From: Octopus sinensis
Lineage: Eukaryota
Assembly: GCF_006345805.1 (NCBI RefSeq)
Contig: NC_043023.1
Location: forward strand, 372,001-436,000
Length of the DNA: 64,000 nucleotides
Reading direction: 5' to 3'
Below the pieces are notes generated by a model. That model was not told the DNA's origin. It searched no databases and saw nothing but the letters and a program-made list of their open reading frames with translations. The translations under genes and the position numbers were made by a program. Positions 39,263 to 50,797 of this stretch are shown here, in pieces. Every line of letters starts with the position of its first letter. Within the stretch, counting starts at the first letter, position 1.

Positions 39263-39300
39263 GAAATAGACAGGCAGATAGATAGACAGATAGATAGGAT
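38760..39300. repeat. (GACA)n/(GATA)n microsatellite
   Basis: Direct inspection. Confidence 0.95.
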
Positions 39301-39390
39301 AGAAAGCTAGCTAGCTAGATTGATTGATAGGTCGATCGATTAATCGACAGACAGATCGCTAAAGTACAGAGGCAGATAAAAATAGACATA

Positions 39391-39605
39391 TGGAGGCGCA
39401 ATGGCCTAGTGGTTAGGGCAGCGGACTTGCGGTCGGAGGATCGCGGTTTCGATTCCCAGACCGGGGTTGTGTGTGTTTATTGAGCGAAAACACCTAAAGC
39501 TCCACGAGGCTCCAGCAGGAGGTGTGATCCCTGCTGTACTCTTTCACCACTCTAAAAAGGCGGTGCTCCGCATGGCCGCAGCTAAATGACTGAAAACAAG
39601 TACAG
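39391..39605 (+). mobile_element. Chimeric SINE: family D head fused to the family A terminus
   Basis: 'tggaggcgcaatggcctagtggttagggcagcggac..ctgctgtactctttcaccac' directly followed by 'taaaaaggcggtgctccgcatggccgcagctaaatgactgaaaacaagta'. Confidence 0.8.
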
Positions 39606-39769
39606 AAAAAAAAAAAAAAAAAAAATATATAAAGATGGAAGCAGAAAGAGAGACGGAAATCAAAGCAATTTACTCTCCCATTCGCAGAGTGAGTAGATAG
39701 GCAAGCACAATGGTGTGTGTGTATAAGAAGTGAAGTAAGTCTGCTATACATCGTGCGGTTCATAGGACG

Positions 39770-40108
39770 ATTACCCGGTTTCTATGAGGTATGAATAAAC
39801 CCTGTGAATCGGGATGCCGGACGTTGGCAGGGTGACTCATTTCACCGCTGAGTGTACTCCTGGAAGAACATGACGAGAAGTGTTTTGTTGAAGACTACAT
39901 CGCACAGCCCGGTCCGGGATCGAAACCATGATCAGGCCATCACGAAAGCAACACCCTACTCACCACTAGGCCACCGCGCCTTCACGCATCGAGAAGTGAA
40001 TTTTGGGAGTGAATTTGGTACGCAGAAACTGAAGGAAGCCCGTCGTTTAACTGTGGTGTGTGTGCATGTGTAATATAATATATATAATATATATATATAT
40101 ATATATAG

Positions 40109-40146
<38 letters not shown>

Positions 40147-40350
40147 GTGTGTGTGTGTATTTGTGTGTCTGCCACCAGCGTTTGAAATCGGGTTGGTTTG
40201 TTAACATCCCCGTAACTTAGCAGTTCAGCAAAAAGTAACAGGCTTAAAAAAAACAAACAAAACAAACTAAATACTGGGGTGCACTCATTAAAAGTTGTTT
40301 AAGGCGGTGCCCCAGCATGGCCGCAGTCTAATGATTGAAACAAGATAAAA
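39770..40350. mobile_element. Decayed C/D-type SINE (-) followed by partial family A (+)
   Basis: 'cgaaaccatgatc..ccctactcaccactaggccaccgcgcc' (reverse head), then family A mid and 3' segments. Confidence 0.65.
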
Positions 40351-40505
40351 GATGTGTGATTGTGTGTGTGTGTGGTGTGTGTTTGTATACACATACACTA
40401 AGATAACCATACAAGGGTCATACACCACGGTTCTTTTCGATGGGTCTGTATACTGGTGTACAAGGCACTGTTGGGCGGTGGGGGGGGGGAAACCCTTATA
40501 CTGGA

Positions 40506-40533
<28 letters not shown>

Positions 40534-40538
<5 letters not shown>

Positions 40539-40673
40539 CATAGGAGTGGGTGTGTAGTAAGTAGCTTGCTTACCAACCACATGGTACCTTGGGCAAGTGT
40601 CTTCTACTATAGTCTCAGACCAACCAAAGCCTTGTGAGTGCATTTGGTAGACGGAAACTGAAAGAAGCCCATC

Positions 40674-40723
<50 letters not shown>

Positions 40724-40937
40724 CCATACATATATATATATATGTATGTATGTGTGTGTGTGTGTTTGTCCCCCCTCCATCACTTAACAACCGATGCCGG
40801 TGTGTTTACGTCCCCGTAACTTAGCGGTTTGGCAAAAGACATCGCTAGAATAAGTACTAGGCTTACAAAGAATAGTTGCTCGACTAAAGGCGGTGCTCCA
40901 GCATGGCCACAGTCAAATGACTGAAACAACTAAAAGA
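40534..40937 (+). mobile_element. SINE family A, full length with small internal deletions
   Basis: Head, (TA)n spacer and tail present. Confidence 0.9.
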
Positions 40938-41639
40938 GTTATATATATATTGCTTAGCTGATAACACAGATCGCTTGCATCAAGCATTAGTTGGTGTAGA
41001 TAATAGGTTGCAAATAGCGTGAAAAAGCTATGGAAGTGCCAGGACACGGGTTCGAACCGCTGACTCGGCTATGAGAGGAAGAAAAATTCTACGCAAGCGC
41101 GCGCGTGCAGACACACACACCATACTGTTATGGGAACATCATACACGCGTAGACACATTCAACATGCAACACACACACATATATATATACGCACACACAA
41201 CACGCTACACGAGCTTACACATGCATCACGTTAAACGCACGCGCGTACACACAGAGACACTATACGCACACTCATGCATACACAACATGCAATACACACA
41301 TACACACACCCTAATGTACGCACACACAAATACACGTACACTCGTATACATCACGCAATACGCACACACACACATCAAAGACTGTCAGCTGTTTTGTGTC
41401 TGTGTGTTCGAGTGCGTGTGTGCAGCAGCAACAGAGCCAAGAGAGATGGGTTTCTCGCTGTGGTTCTGTGTCTGTGTGTTCGCTTTGCTTATGAAACAAA
41501 CTGCCAAGTTGGTTCGTCAGCAAGTTCCCAGTTTCGCGTCCTTGCTGCGTCAGCTACTACAAAACATTTTAGCAAGCTATTTTATCGCCACACATCTATC
41601 AATCGAACTTCGTCTCTCTCTGATATTATATATATCGCT

Positions 41640-41761
41640 GTTTATCTGTCTACTCATCTATCTCGCTCGGTATCTATCTGTCTATCTACTTACGCATCCA
41701 TCTGCCTGTTTATCTCTCTCTCTCTCTCTCTGTCTATCTATGTATCCGTTTGTCTGTCTAC

Positions 41762-41793
<32 letters not shown>

Positions 41794-41858
41794 GTATATA
41801 TCTATCTATCTATCTATCTATGTATATATCTATCTATCTATCTATCTATCTATGTATA

Positions 41859-41903
<45 letters not shown>

Positions 41904-42024
41904 GTATGTATGTACGTGTGTGTGTGTGTCTGTCTGTCCATCTGTCTGTCTATCTATGTATCCGTTTGTCTGTATCTATCTGTGTCTATCTATCTGTCTG
42001 TCTATCTACCTGTCTATCTATCTG

Positions 42025-42090
<66 letters not shown>

Positions 42091-42140
42091 AATCTATGCC
42101 TCCACCTGCCTGTATATCTCTAACTGTCTGTCTCTCTCTC
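41640..42140. repeat. (TCTA)n microsatellite
   Basis: Direct inspection. Confidence 0.95.
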
Positions 42141-42443
42141 TTTGTCTCTCTCTCTCTCACACACAGTCCTGTCGCCCCCCCCTATCATTCAAAAGATAAT
42201 GCGAAATCGATTCCGAGAAATCGATATTTCTATATATGATACGCAAGTGTTACAAGTGTTGCTACATTGCTCACACCCTGCCCAACCCATTCTAGCCGTC
42301 GCCCCCCTCTCTCTCCTTCACACACACACACAACAGGCCGTAACACACGCATATAACACACATACTAAAGTCAGTGATATACACACACACACACACGAGA
42401 GGCCGTAACACACACAATCACCAATGCTCTCTCTCCCTCTCCC

Positions 42444-42472
<29 letters not shown>

Positions 42473-42474
<2 letters not shown>

Positions 42475-42696
42475 CTTGTTGCAGTCATTAGACTGTGGCC
42501 ATGCTGGGGCACCTATTTTTTTAAAAGCTTGGTACTTATTGTAGCAATTCTTTTTTTGCTGAACCGCTCGGTTACGGGACATAAACACACCAACACCGGT
42601 TGTCAAGTGGTGGAGCACACACACGCGCACACACGTATGTGTGCGTGTCTTATCTCGTGTGTGTCTTGTCCTATGCCTTATCCTCTGTGTGTGTGT

Positions 42697-42735
<39 letters not shown>

Positions 42736-43030
42736 CCTGAAGAGGCGTTTTACTTTTTTTTAAGCTTCATACTTATTCTATCGATCTCTTTTGCTGAACC
42801 GTAAGGTTACCAACACTGGTTGACAAGTGGTGGTGGTGGTGGGGACAAACAGACACAAATACACGTCAGGCTTCTTTTCAGTTTCCCCCTTAGCAAATCC
42901 GCTCACGAGGCTTTTCTCAGTCCAAGTCTATAGAAGAAGACACTTGTTAAAGGTGCCATGCCCAACCCATTCTCAAGGACCATGTTGTCCGGGAAGCAAG
43001 CTTCTTACCACACAACCACACCTGCGCCTA
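42473..43030 (-). mobile_element. SINE family A with duplicated tail segment
   Basis: Reverse tail 'tacttgttgcagtcattagactgtggccatgctggggcacc'; reverse head 'cttcttaccacacaaccacacctgcgcctat'. Confidence 0.75.
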
Positions 43031-43055
43031 TACAACCCTCTATATACACACATAT

Positions 43056-43290
43056 ATTTCTTTACTACCCACAACGGGACAAACAAGGACAGACATAGGG
43101 ATTAAGTCGATTACATCGATCCCAGTGCGTAACTGGTACTTAATTTATCGACCCCGAAAGGATGGAAAGCAAAGTCGACCTCGGCGGAATTTCACCCGGC
43201 ATGCTAACGTTTCTTATTTCTTTATTGCTCACAAGGGGCTAAACATACAGGGGACAAACAAGGACAGACAAAGGGTTTAAGTCGATTATA
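43056..43290 (-). mobile_element. SINE family B fragments (two 3' ends)
   Basis: 'tttctttactacccacaa..gattaagtcgattacatcg..ggcggaattt'. Confidence 0.8.
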
Positions 43291-43291
43291 T

Positions 43292-43600
43292 GGGGAAATT
43301 TCGAACCTGGGTTCTCATTCCTAAGGTATTTTTCGACGCTGTTATTATTATTATCATTGTTGTTCAGGTCACTGCTTGGAATCGAACCTGGAATCTTGGG
43401 GTTAGTAGCCCGCGCTCTTAACCACTACGCCATATGCCCGTAGGCATAATAATATTAACAACAGCATCGAAAAATACCTTAGAAATGAGAACCCAGGTTC
43501 GAAATGTCCCCAAGACATCTGATGAAGGCTGGAGGGTATATCTGCTTAAATGTTGCGTTAACAACAAACAAGATGAGGACAAATATCCATCAAATGTAAA
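43292..43600. mobile_element. Composite element: tRNA-like head (-) inside ~60-bp inverted repeats, followed by a decayed hammerhead (+)
   Basis: IR arms 43292-43354 and 43446-43511; tRNA-like 43367-43439 (TGGCGTAGTGG, CTACTAA loop, GGTTCGATTCC); CTGATGA-A-GGCTG at 43519-43531. Confidence 0.7.
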
Positions 43601-45034
43601 TAATGTATAAAACTTGTGAAGTCTGCTACGGAGACATTGAGCATGCTTTGGCAAGTTTATAAGCAACAAGGCAATGGGTCGTATGCAACGTTTCGAGCGG
43701 CACAGGAGCTTCAAAAAATGAAAGACCGTCCCTGGTACCTACTACAGACCACATGTTATTCTAGCACGCACTACTAAACACACACACACACAAAGTCATA
43801 CGCGCATTATAAATATGTATGGTTACACATACAGCCGCATTTTAAACTATCACAGACACACACACACGTCTCACGCAGATTCTCTCTCTCTACCCTGACC
43901 CCAACGTTTGTTTTGTCCCCTCTTTTTCTCAACCTTATGGTGAATAAAGAAATACTGTTTCTCTCTCTCTCTCTCTCTCGCACACAGACATATACACAAG
44001 TCTCTCTCTGTCTGTCTGTCTTTCTCTCTCTCTCTCATATTTTACATCACATATACTCACACATTACTTAACTTCACCACATACACACTTATCTCCCACT
44101 CTTCCCCCGCATACACTTATTAGTCCCTGTCCGTCTGTCTCTCACACACAACTTTACACACATACACACAGTTTCTTTGTCTCAAACACACTGGTCTGCC
44201 TCTCTCTCTCTCTCACACACACACTAGTCTGTCTCTGTCTCTCACACACATACACACACTAGTCTGTCTGCCTCTCTTTCCCTCTCTCTCTCACACACTA
44301 GTCTGTCTGCCCCCCTCTCTCTCACTCGCATACGCACAATACAACACACACACATACATACATACAAATGCAAACACACACACATTAGTCTCTTCCTCTC
44401 TCTCTCTCTCTCACACACAAACGACATATTTTGTATTTGAGAAAGTCATCCAGATGTCAAAACAAGACAGCTTTTTCATTTCACGACGACCAAACACTGC
44501 GGATGTGGTTTCAATTCCAGCCAATGTTTTGATATTTTTTTGACACGAGAATGTTCTTAAAAGTTATTGTAATTAAAGCCGAACACCCGTCTATATATAA
44601 TATCTATATACACTCACTCACACACGTTGGCTATATACACATATATACACACTATTTATCCGTCTCCTTTGGAATTCAGAAGCGCGTGCGTATGTGTGCT
44701 TGTGAATGTATATATGTATATTTGTGTGTGTGTGTGTGTGTGTGTGTCGCCTCAGCATTCCTTACTGTCTTTGAAATAGGGATTATTTTAGCGAGGGAGC
44801 GAGCTTAAAATTCCCTGATGCCTTTAAAAAAGGACGAGGGGATCACATAATCAATGTAACACTCAAATTCCCCTTAGACAAAGACCCCTATTTATTGCCC
44901 TTTAAAGTAGGGACCACATGAACTAGTGAGGGATCTTCTATATTGTCACTTAACCTTATTTTATATGATAAACAAATCTCTCCTTAACAAACTCCCTACT
45001 GGTCTTAAAAGAGACAAAGACTCTTCCAGAGTCC

Positions 45035-45810
45035 TATAGACTCATAGGGCCAGTTTCCCCGTTTCTGCAGACTCGTGGGGCCAGTTTCCCGGTTTCCACG
45101 GCACATTTATTCACAAACTTACCCTTGACGGGACACCGATCCGTCGCAGGGTGGACTGGAACGGTGTGAAATGAAGTGTTTTGCTCAAGAACACAACGCA
45201 TCACCCGGTCCAGGAATCGAAACCGCAACCTTACGATAAGGAGTCTAACACCCTAACCCCTAAGCCATGCAACTTGAGTAGCTAGTTAGTCCACATTTAC
45301 TCTGTAAGGAGCACAGTTTCGGTTTCCTGGTTTCTCTGGTGTATGCATTCCTTCGTGGAGGCGCGTGGCTTAGTGGTTAGGGTGCCAGCATCATGATCGT
45401 AAAGATTGTGGTTTCGTTTCCTGGACCGGGTGACACATTGTGTTTTTGAGCAAAACACTTCATTTCACGTTGCTCTAGTCCACGCAGCTGGCAAAAATGA
45501 GTAACGCTCAGATGGACTGGCGTCCCGTCCAGCTGGGGAACACATACGCTATTGAAACCGGGAAACCGGGCCCATGAGCCTGGCTAGGCTTTAAAAAGGG
45601 TGCATTTATTTTTATTTTATTTTATGTATTCCTTCGGGTACGTGATGCCGGTCCGTCACGGGGTTACTCATTTCTACCAGCTGAGTGGAGTAACATGAAA
45701 GGAAGGGTTTTGCTCAGGAACACAACGTATCGCTTGGTCCAGGAATCGAAACCACAGTCTTATAATCATGAATCCAACCACCCTAACCATTACGTTACGC
45801 GCCTCCACTT
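45035..45810. mobile_element. Three SINE family C copies in alternating orientation (-, +, -)
   Basis: 45035-45270 (-), 45357-45610 (+), 45650-45810 (-); shared 'gtggttagggtg..gtttcgattcctggaccggg..gagcaaaacacttcatttcac'. Confidence 0.85.
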
Positions 45811-46289
45811 TAAAATAGGGATATCAGGAACTTTGTGAAGGAGCTACTAGGTAGTCACTTGACCTTAATATAATAACCAAACCATCCCTCAACTCCTTAC
45901 TGTTTTTTGAAATAGGGGACCACAAGGGAGATTCTATGGGGGTCATTAGAACAGTAGAACAGTGAAATCTCTTCCTCAACAAGCTCACTATAAAAGGGGC
46001 CACTGAAGGCCCGTAAGGGTGTGTTTACACATTACATTTATGTCTTATGTGTTTAGCTAATCGGGTGACCAATAACTTCGTTGATTACTAGTTCCTATCG
46101 AAAACGGGAGCGATCGATGGTTCACACTGCATTACAGACGGGGAATGTCTGCGCAACTCGGGCAGAACAAACATCACTAAGTGTATTGATTGGTTCAGCG
46201 TACTGGGTTTTTCAGTAATTATCTTGCCGGTCAGAATCTCTCATTAAAATTATCTACTCAGAATATAAAGCATCTGTGTGTGTGTAACT

Positions 46290-46470
46290 TATTTTTTACT
46301 TGTTTCTGTCATTGGACTGCGACCATGCTGGGGCACCGCCTAGAAGGGTCGTTAGTAAAACAAATCGATCCCCGTGCTTATTTTTCTTATTCTAAGTCTC
46401 CTTTCCGGAACCGTTATGTCACTGGGATGTAAACAAAGCAACACTGGTTGTCATGCAGTGGTCGTGGGGA
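46290..46470 (-). mobile_element. SINE family A 3' half
   Basis: 'tacttgtttctgtcattggactgcgaccatgctggggcaccgcc'. Confidence 0.75.
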
Positions 46471-46570
46471 GAGGGACCCAAACACACGCACACATTTTAT
46501 TTCTTTTATGTTTCAGCCCAAAGGCTGTGGCCATGCTTGAGCACTTGGTGTTAGAATAAGTGGTCAGCAA

Positions 46571-46641
46571 GCCTCACAGGGAACCGAACCCTGCACCTAT
46601 CAAATTTTGGCTGAGTGCTCTGTACCATTAAGCTAAAAGAC
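46571..46641 (-). pseudogene. tRNA-like sequence (pseudo-tRNA or solitary SINE head)
   Basis: 71 nt; D arm GCTT/GAGC, perfect T arm CAGGG-TTCGGTT-CCCTG, weak acceptor stem, non-canonical anticodon loop CCAAAAT. Confidence 0.4.
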
Positions 46642-46669
46642 TAATTACACATTATATTTATATACTGAT

Positions 46670-47770
46670 TTTCATGTAGATCTATCTACCAAATTCACTC
46701 GCGAGGCATCGATAGTTCTTGGGGTATTTGTAAAAAAAAAGACACAAGCCCAGTGTGCCGTGCAACAAGATTGAACTCAGAACAATGTGGTTGCATGTGC
46801 GTGTAAGCCATGCTTGCGCCTACCTCGAACGCACATGCATACATAGCGGGCTTCCAAACAGTTTCCGTCTACCGAATATCACGCAGAGGAACTTGCTGAA
46901 GAAGCTGCGACATGGAATCGAAACCAGAACCTCTGTAATGAAGAAGCGACCTTCTGAACTCACAGGGCTACATGTGTGAGCCACATGTGTACATGGATTT
47001 ATTAAATGTATAATAATACGTAAGATAGTAAGCTCTATGCATTTTGTTGGTGTGTGTGTGTGTAAACGTGCGTGTAGGTGTATGTCTGCGTGTATGTATG
47101 TATGTGCATGTATATGTGTATGTATGAATGTGTGTTCGCATGTCTGTGTGAGGATGTATGTGTTGTGTATTTGTGATGTGTGTGTGTATAACAAAGTATG
47201 TGTGTATGAGACCATAACAGCGTACGTGTGTAAGAGTGTATGCGTGTGTATGTATGTCTGTATGTGAATGTGGTTGTAAGTGTAAGTACATGTATGTATG
47301 CATACGTTTATGTGCATGTATGTGTACGTATATATGTATTAAATACCTACTATGCGGGTGTGGGTGCGTGATTTGGCTAAGCGTTTAAGAAACTCATTGG
47401 CAACCAAGAGGTCGCGGTTTCAATATCCCTGCGTGGCATCTTGCGCAAATGTCATTTCCTATAACCTTAAGTTGACCCATACTTAGTGAGTGAAATCATG
47501 CAGATGGAAACTGCACAGAAGCCAATCGGGTGAATTGTACCCGTAATTAAAAAAAGGTACAACCTTGTTACGCTGAATCTGTCTTAGCAATTTTCGTTAT
47601 TATAAGAGGACAAAGGAGAATAAAAGTCTATCAGCTGTTTCTAAAATAGAAACACGAGCAGGAGTGGCTGACTGTGTGGTAAGAAGTCTGCTTCCTAACC
47701 ACATGGTTCCAGGTTCAATCCCACTTCGTGGCACCTTGGTAGACGGAAACTGGAAGAAGCACGTCGTGTG
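46670..47770. mobile_element. Several decayed family A heads (both strands) separated by a (TATG)n/(TG)n tract
   Basis: Degenerate matches to 'ggttcaatccc..ggcaccttgg' and 'gatggaaactgcacagaagcc'. Confidence 0.55.
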
Positions 47771-47817
47771 TGCGTGTGTGTGTGTGTTTATTTACCATAT
47801 ATTACATTTAAAATCGC

Positions 47818-48065
47818 GGAGGCGCGTGGCTTAGTGGTTAGGGTGTCAGCATCATGATCGTAAGATTGTGGTTTCGATTCCTGGACCGGGCGACGCGTTG
47901 TGTTCTTGAGCAAAACACTTCATTTCACGTTGCTCCAGTCCACTCAGCTGGCAAAAATGAGTAACGCTGCAATGGACTGGCGTCCCGTCCAGCTGGGGAA
48001 CACATATGCCATTGAAATCGAGCCCATGAGCCTGGCTAGGCTTTAAAAGGGCGCATTTATTTTAT
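47818..48065 (+). mobile_element. SINE family C, near full length
   Basis: 'ggaggcgcgtggcttagtggttagggtgtcagc..gtttcgattcctggaccgggcg..gttcttgagcaaaacacttcatttcacg..taggctttaaaagggcgcatttatt'. Confidence 0.9.
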
Positions 48066-48569
48066 TTTATATATAAATACGCACACACTATACAAACATA
48101 CACACACACATAAATACATATATATCTTTATATTACACGCAAGCTTCTATGCAGTTTCCGTCAACCGTGGCAATAGAAAATGATAGTCGCTGAAGATGCC
48201 ATGCGTTGGGAGCGAACCCAGAACCCGTGGCAATGAGGCGAACATATGAATCATTTGGCCATACTGCGTTTATATTTGTTATATACATAAATGCTTCGCA
48301 ACTACGAGGTCCCACTTTCGATCCCACTGAGTAGCATCTCGGACCATTTTATTTTTTATGGCCACGGGTCGGACAAATTCACTCGCTTCGGTTGCTGAAA
48401 GGCTGTTGTGAAAGACTCACGCAGTAGAATCGAACCCGAGACATTTTTGTTGCGAAAACGAACCTTGTCACCATTTCATCCTGTGTGCATGTGTGTATAT
48501 ATCTATATCTATAGAAATATGTGTGTGCGCACACACAGACACATACATATATACATAAAGAAGACATCT

Positions 48570-48800
48570 ATGATCCTTGATAAGGAGTTTGCTAATCCAG
48601 TACCCATACCCAAGATACATTCGAGCGTCAGACTTAATATTTATTATTCGAACAACAGGATACATACGGAACCGTCTGGAGCAAAGTATGGCTAAACCCC
48701 TTGGATTTGGGGGGAGGGAACGCAAAATTCATTCATTACAAATAATCACGATATCTGGGACTATAAAAGTCTGCAAGACCTTAAGATTTGAAGAATGATA
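48570..48800 (+). mobile_element. Second decayed 3' fragment of an R4/NeSL-like LINE
   Basis: Peptide IRSLLIQYP..IIRTTGYI..LGFG..IHSLQIITISGTIKVCKTL parallels the C-terminus seen at 8616-8795. Confidence 0.7.
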
Positions 48801-48915
48801 CACAAGAAATATTTCCCTCGTATCCATGCATATATGATACACATTTCCAACTATTTTTCAACGACCAGAGTAAGAGTAACGTAAGAATTGCGGAAAGAAA
48901 GCTTATTTTACGCAG

Positions 48916-48941
48916 AATGTATGCAAAGGTCGAACTACGAT
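48916..48941 (+). CDS. Weak candidate micro-exon (26 nt); MYAKVELR if phase 2
   Basis: Acceptor 'gcttattttacgcag|' and donor 'GAT|GTAAGT'; phase compatible with the 38424 donor; chance occurrence not excluded. Confidence 0.2.
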
Positions 48942-49019
48942 GTAAGTTTATGAAATGATGTGGAGGGTAAAGCGTTAAGATTAAAATTTTGCACACAGTT
49001 CTTCAATTCCTTTTTAATT

Positions 49020-49292
49020 CTCATGAAGTATGGGACCTCAAAGGATGATATTCCAAAGCTCCGTTGAAATTAGAAGAATGGTTAGGGACGTGACACGAAG
49101 GAAAGCACCTGAAAAGTTTGTGTTCAAAAGAAGGGCGTATACAAGGAATAAAGAAATAGGTTTAAGTGTAAAAACTTTACCAATGCAACATATTAAGGTC
49201 TGTGTGTGTCTGAAAAGCTATAGGCTGCGGTTTTCGCCCAGGAAAAGTCCCTTTATAAATGTATTGTAACATACACAATATACACTTCAGAG
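49020..49292 (-). CDS. Weak candidate exon pair 49292-49181 and 49108-~49020, separated by a 72-nt GT-AG intron
   Basis: Acceptors 'atttcatctctcctag|' and 'caaacttttcag|'; donor TG|GTAAAG; spliced frame ALKCILCMLQYIYKGTFPGRKPQPIAFQTHTDLNMLHW-CFPSCHVPNHSSNFNGALEYHPLRSHTS*; no homologue recognised. Confidence 0.2.
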
Positions 49293-49859
49293 CTAGGAGA
49301 GATGAAATCGCCTCGATGGTTCACTATCCTTACATGAGTGGTGAAAACACACTGATTATCAAAGGGTTCAGAGGAGCCCACGTTTATTATTATTATTATT
49401 ATTGTATTGATTATATGGGCCGGTCCAGAGGTAAAGACAGAAACGAGGATCTATAGGGGTTATTAGCTCTGTGGGTTATTCGTCACTAGGACCGAAACGT
49501 TAAGGGCAGCATTGAAGACGAAAATACAAGAATAAAATAACAGATACAAGAAACTACGTGCGTGTGTGTGTAGTGATTGTATAGAATAAAAGGGGAGAAA
49601 TTAACAAGTATTGATGAATATTCTACAATAATTAAAATACAAACATTGATAAATTATAAGATCACATACTTGTGTGAGCGCGAGTGTGCACGCGCGTATG
49701 TGTTGCGTGAGGCATGTGTGTGTGCATGTGTGCGCGCACACATGCGTATGTGCGCAAGGGTGTGTATGTATGTGAATGTGGGTGTGTGTACGCATGTGTG
49801 AGCGTGCGTGTGAGTGAATGTGTGCGTGTGTGAATGCACGTTTGTGTGTGTGTGTGAGT

Positions 49860-50290
49860 GTGTGAAGATAGAAGTTCGGCTTCCATTCTGGCGATTCTAA
49901 GATCGTGTGTTCGATCCCAAGAGCGGGCGGCACATTGGCAACGCACTTCATTTAATATCACTTCAGTTTTACTCAGCCGTAAACGAGTATCATCCTAGTG
50001 CTGACGCGACCCTCTTTCTCCCTCCAGCTGGCACACCCAAGATGTGCCGCCGGGTCACGTGTGCGCAGGCGCACGTGAAGGCACGTGGCCTTCGTGGTAC
50101 GCAAGACTGTAGTTACCACTCCCGGACCGGGCGGTGTGTTGTGTTCTTGAGCAAGACACTTAGTTTCGTTTCCCTCCTCTGCAATCGCTTCGACATCTGA
50201 CGTGTGGCACACTTGTGCACCTGTACAAGCAATATCGATCTGCTGAAGGAGTGAGTTAATCTACAGCAACAGCATTCGATCACTAGAAAA
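49860..50290 (+). mobile_element. Decayed C/F-type SINE segments
   Basis: 'gtgttcgatccc', 'gtgttcttgagcaagacactt', 'gacatctgacgtgtggcacac..ctgtaca'. Confidence 0.6.
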
Positions 50291-50374
50291 AAAAAAACAT
50301 CTGTGCAGATTGTTCAACAAGGAATGGCAGAGACCCAGACTGTCGTCTGCAAAGCAAAGTCCACATATATATAA

Positions 50375-50407
<33 letters not shown>

Positions 50408-50410
50408 GTA

Positions 50411-50768
50411 TTTTACTTGTTTCAGTCATTTGACTGTGGCCGTGCTGGAGCACTGCCTTTAGTCGAGTAAACCGACCCCAGGACTTATTCTTTGTAAACC
50501 TAGTACTTATTCTATCGGTCTCTTTTTGCCGAACCGCTGAGTTACGGGTACGTAAACACACCACCATCGGTTGTCAAGCGATGTTGGGGGGACAAACACA
50601 GACACACAAACATATATACACACATACATTATATATATATATATATACACGACGGGCTTCTTTCAGTTTCCGTCCACCAACTCCACTCACAAGGCTTTGG
50701 TCGGCCCGAGGCTATAGTAGTGGGACTGAACCCGGAACCAGTGATCGGTAAGCAAGCTACTTACCACA
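50411..50768 (-). mobile_element. SINE family A, near full length
   Basis: Reverse tail 'ttttacttgtttcagtcatttgactgtggcc' to reverse head 'ctacttaccacac'. Confidence 0.9.
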
Positions 50769-50797
50769 CAAATTTATATATATATATATATATAGCA

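Noticed and set aside
41036-41080. tRNA-like 3' half on the minus strand (GGTTCGAACCC)
   Set aside because: No D arm or acceptor-stem partner; a fragment only.
42205-42232. Two ATCGAT-containing motifs resembling the DRE promoter element
   Set aside because: Neither matches TATCGATA exactly and there is no supporting start-site evidence.
41071-42239. 350-aa and 321-aa ORFs
   Set aside because: Mostly (CA)n and (TCTA)n; only the 230-bp core is complex and is listed separately at low interest.
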